This document shows positions 51,876-64,000 of a DNA stretch of 64,000 nt, one piece after another. Every line of letters begins with the position of its first letter. Positions within the stretch are counted from its first letter, which is position 1. The notes beneath the pieces are model-generated. The model was not told the origin of the DNA and did not search any database. It saw only the letters and a list, made by a program, of their open reading frames with translations. The position numbers and the translations under genes were made by a program. Origin of the DNA: Lama glama (Eukaryota); contig CM052816.1 of assembly GCA_028534125.1 (NCBI GenBank), positions 8,186,001-8,250,000 on the forward strand. The letters are read 5' to 3'.

Positions 51876-54800
51876 GTGAGTGTGGGGGAGGGGCTGGGGC
51901 TGCGGGGGGGGGGGCGGCCGCCTCTCCTGCCCAACCTGCTGGGTGGGTGTTGGGGCAGCTGCTCTCTTTTCCAAGGACGGCGGCAATAGTGGTGGGAAAG
52001 GGGGGTGTCGCTAATGGTTTCCATTCTCCTCAGCGAGCAGCTTGGTTGGGGGGAAGGTGAAGAAGGGGCCCTTCCTCTCAGCCCACACTGCCGGCAGCCT
52101 CCTTCAGAAAAGCTGTTTCAGGAAAAGTCCCGAAGCTCTGCGAGAGACGAAAATAGGCCCAGCTTGGCCTTGACCAGCGCAGCCCACTCCCCAAACCCAC
52201 CCCCACGCTGAGTCAGCGCGGCGCCGCCGCCCTGCCCCCTGCCTAGTGCTAGGCAAGCCCCAGGGCGGCCCCTGCCCCGGGGTGGACTAGGCCAGGCTGC
52301 GTGGGGAGGCTGAGCCCAGGGCCGGCGGGGATGGCACTGAAACAGCCCATCACTGCCTGACCTCCCCTCCCCCATCCCTGCACAACTGGAGGGCTGCATC
52401 CCCGCCTGTCGGGGTTCTGAGTCATGGAGGGGAAGGAGTGCAGATTCTAGATATAGTTATGTCAGGGAATGGCTATGTGACCTTGCGTAGGAGCACTACC
52501 CTCTCTGAGCCACTTTGCCCTATCCTTATAAGGAGAGGGCTGTCTGGACCAGCTGGGCATCTTGTTAAACAGTAGATTCTAGTTGAGTGGGTTGGTCTGG
52601 ATGGGACCTGAGGTTTTACATTCCTAACACTCTCCAAGCTGATGCCAAGGCTGCTGACTCACCACCCACACTTGAGGAGCAAGGTCTAGGTGCTCTGTAA
52701 GGAATATTCCTACTCTGACAGCCACCAAGTCTTTTCCTTTGGGAGGGAAGCATCTCTCCGTGTCCAGGGCCCCAAGGGTTAACTCTCCTGCTGAAGAAAA
52801 GCATCTTCATCTGCTATTTATACCCAGAAGGCACCTCCCCTTCCCTGTGCCTGGGAAGGGGAGCAGAGCTGCACACACAGCAGCCAGAGGCTCCAGAGCC
52901 AGAATCAGAGAAGGGGCAGCAAGGTGGCTGGCGGGGAGCAACCCTGGTTGGACCCTGGCCCCTGATCTGCTTATGGCCATGGGTGGCTTCTACCCTCCCT
53001 GGACCTCCACCTCCCCTTGACCAGTGCAAATGGTCAGCATAAATGGAGGGTTTGTGAGTGGTCTCTGACTATAAAATCCCATGGTTTTTACAAATGCCAT
53101 CATTCCTGGAGGAAGGAGGTGGGGACAGCATATGTGTGTGTGTGTGTGTTGCTCCACAATTGCAGCTGTCTCAGGTCACTGCTGCCTTCTCCCATTTGTG
53201 CCTCCTTCTCCAGTTATAATGGGGAGCAGTAAGTTATGGGATCTGGGGCTGGGAGACTTCAGCTTAAATCCTAGGTTTGCTGCTTACTTGCTGTGTGACC
53301 TGGGACATATTGCGTAACCACTCTGAAGCTCGATTGGAAAAGTGGAAAAGTGGAAATGATATATACCTTGTAGGATTGTGATGATTAAATAAAGCGTAGC
53401 ACCATGACGTCCCAAAGTAAGGGCTTCATTATCATTAAGCTGCCCCCTTTTCTCTCAGTCTATACCCTCCCACAGAACAACCTTACCTGAAGACTTATCC
53501 TCTTTCCTGAATCTTCATATAATTCTCATTCCTTTGAGCCATCTGGATTTTGGGTCATCAGTTTGGAGCATTATATATAATATGGCGGTTAAGAGAATGG
53601 AGTTTGCAGTCAGACACACCAGCTGTGCCTTTTATTAGGTGTTTGAGCTTTGACAGGCTGTGATGCTCTCAGACTCAGTATCCTCCTCTCTGCAATGAAG
53701 AATATCATGGTACCCATTTTCTAGAACTTTTGGGAGGGTTAAATGAGATATTGCAAGTAAAGCACTTGACACAAGCCTGGCAAGTAGCAAAACCTCAGAA
53801 GCAGCAGCCATCATCTTCATCATCACTGAGTCATTTGCTCCATTTGTTCATCCACTTTAGGTCAAGGGCATCTGAGGCCCCACCATGTGCCAAGGCCTCT
53901 GCTAGTCACTGAGGATGTGCGGAAGAAATGAGGAGGGGGATGGGGCAGAGTGGCTGATGCGCAGGGAACTGGGGAGCAGAGCTGAGATACAGAACAAGAA
54001 GATGCTTAGAAGATCCTGAAGCTATTGTCAGGGCTGAAAGGGTCCTCAGAGGATACTGCTTCCTGAGCCTCCAAGCATCTCACTTCAAAGTAGATTGCAA
54101 TCTGCCCCAAGTTCAAAGAGGTACAGATGTGGATGCAGAACCTGGGGGCTGAGACTGTGCCTAGAGAAACCAGACTGAGTCCTGTTCAGCCTGCTTGGCA
54201 AGTCCAGCCAAGGGTACTGGCGGCTGCCTTTGTGGGGTCACTTCCCAGCCCCAAAGCGACCAGGTCAGGGAGGTCCCTGGCTTAGCGCAGGTGGGTCCAA
54301 CTGTGCGATGCACGAGCATTTACCTCCTGGATCCTGCTTGGGGGAGGATAGTACCCTGCTCTCTGCACCCTCAGCACGTTGCTGAGGTAGACTCCCCAAA
54401 GGCCACCCTGGGGAGAAGGAGACAACCTGCCGGTTTAGCAGGTGATTTAGGTTGGGCAGGAGAAGTGAGGGTGGTTGGTGATGAAGATAATGATGTCTTC
54501 GTGTATTAAGTTCCTCCTAGTGCCAGGCCCTGTGCTGGGGGCTTTACGAGCATCACTGCATTAGTCCCCCACAGCAGTCCAGTGGTATTAGCACTGCCAC
54601 TAGGAGACGAGGCTCAGAGAGGTTACATAATTTGCCCGAAGTTACATAGCTTTTACGAGGTGGAAGCTCTGGAAGACAAAGCCAGTGAGTCTGACTGCTG
54701 AGCCCGTGTTCTGAGCCATCCTGTGGACATCAGGAGTGTGTTGTCAGCAGGGCGGCAGCCAGGGGAACAAGGATGACCCTTCAGTTGCTGAGAGAAAAAT

Positions 54801-55709
54801 GGTAACCGTTGGAAATATGACAGGGATGTCAGAAATTCATGAATCCCACTACATAAATGAAAAGTAGGTTACAGATTGGTTTGTTCTGTGACAATATTTT
54901 AAAACGTCAAAAAGTGACAGTGTGAGTCAATGAGCACAGGCACGCCAATCTCTCCACCATTAGAGGGGACTGTTACATAGACCGTGGCCCTTGCACCTCT
55001 TGAATTCAGGGTTGAGTGTTTCTTCAGGGCAGCCTCCATCCATGGGAGGGGATGATTTGTGCACCCAAAGGAGGATTCCTGTCTCTGGGGCTCGGATCTG
55101 TGACTCGACCACCTCTCAGGGATTGAAGCCAACTCCAGTCAGCAGGTGGGGGCTGGAATCCAACCCATATCCCCCTCAACTGGCTGCTTAGAGGGCCAGC
55201 CTTTTACAATCAGCACAAAGGTACCATCTGAGCTAGAGTGAGCTCTGGAGACGGCCCCCCATCCTCACGCCCCACGCCAATTCTGTCCATTTCTTTGGGC
55301 CCTAAGGACCTTGTCTAAAAGGTGCTGAGGCTCCTGGACAGAGGGTGGCTCTGGGTCCCCAGTCTTCTTGGAGCTTCTCCCTAGAGGCTGTTGACTCAGT
55401 TCTAAAAGCCCTCTCTGAGATGGTTCTGGATGTAGCCTGGCTTCTCACAGCTTCTCACACTCAGGAAAGAGGAGTTGAAAACACACACCTGAGCAGGGTA
55501 GACAGGCCGGAGTCTGCTCCCTGAGAATCCTCTTGGAGGAAAGGGTCTTTTTCAAAACTTGACGTTGGTACACTATTAATACAAGCTTATGGTAGATAAA
55601 TGAGAAGACAGATACTCTTTAAAGCATCTCCTGTGACCTGAGCATCCAGAGCTGACACTGATGCTGTATGCTTCTGTGTGATATTTGATGTCTGTGCCTT
55701 CTCAAGTAT

Positions 55710-56170
55710 ATTATCTCAGGTCAGGTTTCCTAGAAGCAGAGCCCGAGGCAGGGAATCAGGTGCTTGTGATTTACTGAAGGTGTGCTCCCAGCGGAGGCCT
55801 GTCAGGGGTGGGGTGGAGCAGGATGGAGGAAGAGTAGAAACAGAGCAGAGATGAGACCTCAGGTCAAATCTAACTCTGACCTGATCCCCAGGTGGAGGGT
55901 GCAGTGGCGAGGCCTCTGGAACATAAAGCCCATCTTGCCTCCCCCTTAAGGCGACGAGATGGGCCTTTTTCGCAGACTCTGCCTCCCCACGTTAGTCAGT
56001 CATCCGCTGAAAGCTGCAGGTAACCTTGCGGGCCAGGTGGCTCCATCAGCCGTGGACAGTTCTCCAAAGAAGGGGGGCAACTGTGAGCTGATAGCCAGCC
56101 CCCTAGCAGCTGCAGGATGGCTGCACCATCTCACTAACGGGGGTCTGGGCAGGGCACCAGATTCTGCACA
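55710..56170. mobile_element. ERVL-type LTR relic
   Basis: 'tctcaggtcaggtttcctagaagcagagcccgaggcagggaatc..gtgatttactga' resembles old ERVL LTR termini; family uncertain. Confidence 0.45.
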
Positions 56171-57780
56171 CAGAAAATACAGGCTGCCTATTTAAAAACA
56201 CATAGATATTTTTTAAAAAATCAAGCCTACCTTTGCTTTTAAATGAATTGAAAAATTGAAATAGATGAAAGGATAGAGGAATAGATAGAAACGTAGTAGA
56301 GCAAGTATAAGAAAACATTAATGATAGACTCGAGGTGGTGGATGTGTGGGTGTTCACTTGACTGTATGTTTGAAATTTTTTATAATAAAACGTTGATAAA
56401 AAATCAAAGCAGGATTATGTTATATGTGCTTACTCTTAGGCTACTGCATTTTAGTGTTGCTTTGAAATAGTTGAAAAATATATTTCAGTTACTACTTATA
56501 TGTATCATTCACTATTTTAAAAACATTTTTATTTAAATTTGCATCCCCTTCATCCTCCTTCTCTGGTCTCCATTTCCCCTGCCTTGTCGGCACCCACTGG
56601 GATATTTGATGCCTGCTTCTCCAAATGTTCTGTGCAGATACGAGAGCCATAAGCTATTTAGGGGACTTGATATTGAGTCAGAAATAATGCAAGAATTCAG
56701 ATGGCACTAGGATTTACAGTGAAAAGTCTCACCAACCCGTGACCCCAGCTGTCCCAATTCCCCTCCCCAAGGCACCCTCAATGCTCACATCTCTGTATCC
56801 TTGCAGAGAGATTTATGCCATACACAAGCTTAAATCCATCCTTTTTAAAAACGACTCTGCATACTGTTTTGCACTTTGCTTTTTCACCAAACAGCATAAT
56901 TTAGAGATGATTCCAAACCAGTGGATACGTAACTGCTGCATTATTTTAACAGCTGTGTAATTTTCCATTGTGCGATGCACCATAATTCTTCAGGCCCACA
57001 CGCTGCCCCCTCCCCTCCGTGGACATTTTTAGGTTGTGGTGCAGGGAAGGACATGAATTTGTCCTGGGAGGATTTGCCCTTGGCTGGCATGGTGAGGGTC
57101 CCCCCCAACCCAGAGTCAGCCCCAGGCCTTGGGCCCTTTTTTCCAGAAGCTCAGGGGGTAATTTTGGAAGCTCTGGGCTCCTGGGAGCTTGCCTCTGTTC
57201 TTGGTAAATGAAGTATGAAGAGATGACAGTTTCTCAGCACGCCAGAAACTCAGGGACTTCTGTCACTCTTTCATCCTCCAGCTCCATTACTTCCTCAGAC
57301 CTGGACACAGAGCAGGGGCATTAGCTCTGGGCCAGCACCAAGCGAGCACCGATGTGTGCCTCGTGGCATTTTCCCAGCAAGCCTGCCGTTCCAGGAGTTT
57401 CATTCTGGTTGTCAAGGCAAGGAAAGAAAGGCTCAGAAAGGTGTAGCAACTTGCCCAAAGTCACACAGCTAGCGAGTGGCAGAGATCTGAGCCATGGTCT
57501 CTTTCCATGACGCTGACCAGCCCAGCAGGGAAACTGAGGGTTGGATGGGGAAGGGGATCAAACTTGGACCAAAGCAGTGGTCTTAGTCTTGAACCCGAGG
57601 AATCTTTCAGGAATGCCTGAGGTCAGTGAGCCCTGTACATCTGTCAAAGCACCTGAAAACTGTCTTGTACTCAATGACTGTCTGAGAAATTGGGATGTTG
57701 GCTATTCAAGGGGTAAGAGGGAGGCCAGGGGTGCAGAGCGCTGTGTCCTATGTAACCGACTGCCTCGGCCCCTCCTGCAG

Positions 57781-57835
57781 TCCGGCTCCATGACAGCATC
57801 TCTGAGGAGGGACACCACTACCTGATCTTCGACCT
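57781..57835 (+). CDS. CAMK2A: CaMKII alpha exon 4 (VRLHDSISEEGHHYLIFDL)
   Basis: ctgcag|TC acceptor and CT|gtgagt donor, 55 nt. Confidence 0.97.
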
Positions 57836-58154
57836 GTGAGTCTGGCCCCACCCTGGGATGTATACAAAGTTTCCCACAACATGGTAGGCCTGCCATCCGA
57901 GCAGTGCAGGCTGGTTTTCCTGACACACCAACAAACACTTTTAACTTTCATCCTCATATATTTAGTTTTGTTTCTATTTGTGGCCAGTGATGCTGGTTTT
58001 CCATTTCTGGTGAGGATATAAAGTTGCCTTTTGGGATTAATTTAAAGTTTTTAAAGCCCAGTCAATGGAATGAAAAACAATCATGAACTGATAGACCTTG
58101 GTGGTTCCTGGTCTCACTTGTAAATAAAACAGTTATTTGAGATGATGGGTGAGA

Positions 58155-58256
58155 TTATGAGGAGGGGTGGGGGCAGCAGGGATACAGGAAATCTCTGTAC
58201 CTTCTGCTTAATTTTGATGTGAACCTAAACTACTCTAAAAACTAGTCTATTAAAAA
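58155..58256 (+). mobile_element. L1M 3' end fragment
   Basis: 'aaatctctgtaccttctgcttaattttgatgtgaacctaaactactctaaaaa' is an L1M terminal motif. Confidence 0.7.
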
Positions 58257-58335
58257 GACAAGCTCCAGCCCTTGGGTTCCTAGGAGCCTAATGAATCTTA
58301 GTGATGTATTCTGAGTACCCCATCCCCGGTCTTAA

Positions 58336-58974
<639 letters not shown>

Positions 58975-60654
58975 TGAGGAAACTGGGTTCAGGAAGGTGA
59001 GCATCTGGGCTCAAGACCCAGGTTTGCCGAATCCCAGGCCCATGTGCTTTGTGCCAGGCCAGGTGAGATGCCGGTAGACTGCCAAGGCTGGCTCTGGTGG
59101 AATCCAGATCCCAGCTAGGCCACTTTCCATCTGCACGGCCTCAGCTTCATTACAGTGGTGGTTGCCATAGCAACCTCAGAACAGGGTCGGTGAGGATGTC
59201 AAAGGAGACAGCACAATGCCTGATACACAGATGCATTGCTAATCTTGTTTCCGGGTCTCTGGAGCAGAGTGGTGGGGTAGGAAAGCAGGCCTCCAAGCCC
59301 TCAGAGTCCTCACCTGAAGGAGACGGACCAGACTAAGCAGACGGAGAGTCTGAGCTTGGCACCAACTGCACAGCCTTGCCTGGTCAGCACACACTTCATG
59401 GTTCTCCTCTGCTGGGCCTTGTGACGTCGGTGCCTGGTAACTGTGGAACATCACCCCCATTTTGCAGAGCAGGAAACTGGGCTCTAAAGAGTCCAAGGGA
59501 TTTGCCCAAGAGCATGCAATGCAGTTCAGTTGTGCCTGAACTAGGACTGGGGACCTGGCCTTCTGACCCTGGATCACATGCCCTTGGTGGGCTGGGGCCA
59601 AAAGCCACCCAGTCCACTTCCTGCTTCTCTAGTCACTCCTTCTAGGTGACCCTGCTGGGTATTTGTCAAACTTCTTCTTTTTGGCCTTCAATGATTATGA
59701 ACTCACTTTTTATGGGGTAGCCCCTTGAATTATTAGGAAATACTCCTTCAGTCTTTCCCACTGTGGTGGCTTGTCTGTGAACCCCAGTTCTACCCTGGAG
59801 TCACTTCAGTGGCTTTGCAGCAGCTCCTAAGACATCTGCGGGCTGTTCTCCATCCCCCTCCCCCCGGGAAGGGATTTCCAAGCCCTCCTCATCCTGGTAC
59901 CCTCCCTGTGCATCCTCTGGTCAGTCCAGGTCCCTTTTGGGGGTGCAGTGCTCTGACCAGACCCCCTGCCCACCTCTGACTGTCATGAGCCATTTGTGGC
60001 TTCACACCTGAGCCCAGATGAGCTCCCTGTGGTTCAGTCCAGACCCTCATACAAGTGTGCACTCAAAGAGGGTCTCTGGCCAGACAGCAGGGCGGCTCTC
60101 CCTGAGGAACCGTCCCCATTAAAACCACATCTCCTGCTCGGGAGAGGAACAGGAAGAGGCAGCACAAATTTAGGCCACTCTGGATAGATTAATTAGTGGC
60201 ACATTCATCAAATCAGGGCAGGAGAGCTACTAAGACCCAGGACATGTTGGGAACACAGTCCCCAGAGGCCAAAAGAGGCCTTAACAAGGGGCAGTTGGAA
60301 CTATATTTGTTTGCATCCTGCCTAGCTTTGGGCAGTGGAAAGGTCAGATGTAGGAGCCCTTGGAAGTCCCAGTAAGGAAGGGGGTCAGAGGAAACCAGCA
60401 GTCCCCAGAGACTTGGAGCCCACACTCTCCCTCCCCAAGCGAAAAAAAAATATGTGTACTGATGCTTTTCAAGCACTTTTAGGCCACTGCAAAGTGCTTT
60501 ATATGGATTATCATAATTAATCCATATGTCACTCCATGAAGCAGGCATTATCTCATTGTTTGGAGAGGAAACCAAAGCTCAGAGAGGTGCGATAATTTGC
60601 CCAAGTTCCCTAGCATAGAAGTCTCAGCGCTAGGATCAGAAGCTGAAGATTTCT

Positions 60655-60720
60655 TTTTTTTTTTTTAACATTTTTTATTGATTTATAATCATTTTACAAT
60701 GTTGTGTCAAATTCTAGTGT
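60655..60720 (-). mobile_element. Young, heavily 5'-truncated L1 insertion (3' UTR end + polyA)
   Basis: T-run + 'aacattttttattgatttataatcattttacaatgttgtgtcaaattc' between perfect 19-bp direct repeats tcagaagctgaagatttct (60636-60654 and 60721-60739). Confidence 0.85.
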
Positions 60721-61178
60721 TCAGAAGCTGAAGATTTCTAACTGGAAAGTTTCCACTCTTGGTACTCTCTGTCCTGAAGAGGGGGATTTCCTGTCCTCTA
60801 GACCCAGCAGAAGACAGCAGCCTTGATGCCCCACAGGCCAGGTGGCACATAGCAAGTCCCCCATCTCTCAGCCCAGAGTGGTTCAGAGCATAGCTCTGGA
60901 GCCAAAATACGCCTCGATTCTAGCTCTCTCACTTACCAATTGTGTGGTCTCGGTCAAATCACTTAATCTCTCTGAGCTTCATTTTCTTCATCTTTATACA
61001 TAAGACAAATACCCAAGTCCCTGCTGTGTGTTGCCCACTGTCTTAGGAGCTGGTGATACAGTGGTGGACAGGACACATAAGAAACTCACGTTCTTAAAAA
61101 AAGAAGAAGAAGAAGAAAAAACATTCTACAGGGGTGACAGATAATGAACAAGCACATAGATATGTGGAAAAAATGCAC

Positions 61179-61678
61179 NNNNNNNNNNNNNNNNNNNNNN
61201 NNNNNNNNNNNNNNNNNNNNNNNNNNNNNNNNNNNNNNNNNNNNNNNNNNNNNNNNNNNNNNNNNNNNNNNNNNNNNNNNNNNNNNNNNNNNNNNNNNNN
61301 NNNNNNNNNNNNNNNNNNNNNNNNNNNNNNNNNNNNNNNNNNNNNNNNNNNNNNNNNNNNNNNNNNNNNNNNNNNNNNNNNNNNNNNNNNNNNNNNNNNN
61401 NNNNNNNNNNNNNNNNNNNNNNNNNNNNNNNNNNNNNNNNNNNNNNNNNNNNNNNNNNNNNNNNNNNNNNNNNNNNNNNNNNNNNNNNNNNNNNNNNNNN
61501 NNNNNNNNNNNNNNNNNNNNNNNNNNNNNNNNNNNNNNNNNNNNNNNNNNNNNNNNNNNNNNNNNNNNNNNNNNNNNNNNNNNNNNNNNNNNNNNNNNNN
61601 NNNNNNNNNNNNNNNNNNNNNNNNNNNNNNNNNNNNNNNNNNNNNNNNNNNNNNNNNNNNNNNNNNNNNNNNNNNNNN
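61179..61678. other. Assembly gap (500 N), probably containing CAMK2A exon 7
   Basis: Run of N. The expected PENLLLASK..DFGLA..WF exon is not found elsewhere between exons 6 and 8. Confidence 0.9.
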
Positions 61679-62208
61679 AATCCCAACTCTGCTGCTTAGG
61701 AGGTCTGTGACTTTGGGTGAGTTGTTTCACCCCTGAGCCTTCATTTCATCATCTGTAAAAAAAGGGTAATAATAATATTATGTTCCTCGAGGTGTGTGAG
61801 AATTAAATGAGATCGAGCACAGAAAATTCTTGGCCCTGCTTAGCATACACACTCAATACACAGGACCTGTTCTCATGATTACTTGTTAAAACACTTTGGG
61901 TGTCTGTTATTTCAACTGATTCTCCCAGTAGTGCTGGGAGGTGTTTAGGGTAGGAATCCCGAACCCTTTATTTGATGGAGGAGGAAACTGAGGCCCAGAA
62001 AGAAAAGAGACCTACCTCTAAGGGACTTAGGGCAAAGCCAGAGTTAGGGCCGGGCCTCCCGCCATACCAGGACCAGCTCCTGGAAGGGGTGGGGAGTGGG
62101 CAAGGATTCAGCTCAGCCTGGAGCTGACAGGCAAGGACAGTTCATCTCAAGGGCCCCGAGCAATTAATGGGTATTGGCTGCTGGGAAGGCTGTGCTAGAA
62201 GTTTGTGA

Positions 62209-62895
<687 letters not shown>

Positions 62896-63204
62896 TGAGG
62901 GTATTTCCCTCCTGCCCTCCTCACCCATTTAGGCCTCCTCCCACTCTCTAGGTATGGGGTGGGGGTAAACATCAGGTGAAGCTCGAGGGCTGACCGGGGC
63001 CGGGCAGTGAGCTGGCTATGGGGCCGTCTAAGTGATGGGATTTGGTCCATAGGGTCCTAGATGGTAGAAGCAGCACTAAAATGGGGCAAGAGTTTGGGTG
63101 ATAGGCAGGCCCCAGGAGCCAGGTTCTCTCTTTATAGATATATACATACACACACATATTATATATTGTATATACAAATAGTAATAATAACTACCACATA
63201 TTTT

Positions 63205-63390
63205 TACAGTTAATCCTCACACCAATCCTGACATAGGTACTGTTATTAACCCCATTGTACAGATAGGGAGGCTGAGGCACAGAGAGGTTAAATAACTGCT
63301 GAGACCACTTAGCTAAGAAATGGTAGAGCTGGGATTTGTACCCAGGCAGTCTGGCTCTAGTGTCTTTGCTTCTAACTACCAAGCTGTACT
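63205..63390. mobile_element. MIR SINE
   Basis: 'ccccattgtacagat..ctgaggcacagagaggttaa..ggtagagctgggatttgtacccaggcagtctggctc'. Confidence 0.8.
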
Positions 63391-63760
63391 GCTTTTCTGC
63401 ACAGCAGATATCTCTGGAGCTATGTCATATGTTTTATATCATATTTAATCCTCACAACATCTAGGGACAGCTCAGGGGTCACATGACTTGCCCAGGAGGC
63501 AGAGTTCAGACTTGAACCCAACCTTCCAATTCTGAAGTCTGGGCTATAACCACTGGCCTGCTGCTCCCCAGATAAGGCACAGCTCAGAAGAGCAGAGAGA
63601 GGCCTCCTTTCCCCCGACCATTGTTCTGATTTGTCTTGGGGTCAGGAAATCCTATCCCCGGTCCTCCTGGTTGTGGACGCCCGAGTGGACGGGTAGCAGG
63701 ACCCCTGCCTGCTCCCCTGCCAGTCAGGGGCTGGGGGATCGCAGGGGTGGCCTGGGGTAG

Positions 63761-63931
<171 letters not shown>

Positions 63932-64000
63932 TAAGACCCTTCACAGGAGCCCCTCCAGACTTCAGGATTAAGGCCCTCAAGGAGTCCCAGCCCTGCCCCT

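Noticed and set aside
55520..55540. 'cctgagaatcctcttgg' resembling the start of the missing exon 7 (PEN..)
   Set aside because: Lies upstream of exon 4, similarity ends after three codons, no DFG
61086..61736. ORFs containing X runs
   Set aside because: Artefacts of the N gap

Overview
Mammalian genomic DNA, most likely a camelid (camel, alpaca or llama). That call is inferred from three Vic-1-like tRNA-derived SINEs and a young L1 3' end. The window holds two + strand genes in tandem. The first is the complete two-exon arylsulfatase I gene (ARSI; CDS 17415-17725 + 21126-22527, 570 aa) with a CpG-island promoter. The second is the 5' part of CAMK2A (CaMKII alpha): promoter at ~29.2-29.9 kb and coding exons 1-6 and 8-10. 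Exon 7, which carries the DFG motif, is absent from the called sequence and most likely lies in the 500-N gap at 61179-61678. The rest is intronic or intergenic DNA rich in MIR, L2, L1, MLT1/ERVL LTR and hAT relics plus microsatellites; nearly all other ORFs in the track are spurious. I see no evidence of a new protein-coding system. The most interesting signals are regulatory or structural. They are a five-fold RFX X-box array in the CAMK2A promoter plus a perfect X-box inside an intronic MIR, a cluster of three SOXE-dimer-like sites ~5 kb upstream of ARSI, and an unusual UG-rich exon 8 acceptor with a competing frameshifting acceptor. Also notable are an in-frame, stop-free intron 8, a very young 66-bp L1 insertion with a perfect 19-bp TSD, and a SINE that may carry a 3' transduction. 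Repeat family names come from recognising the sequence, not from a database search.
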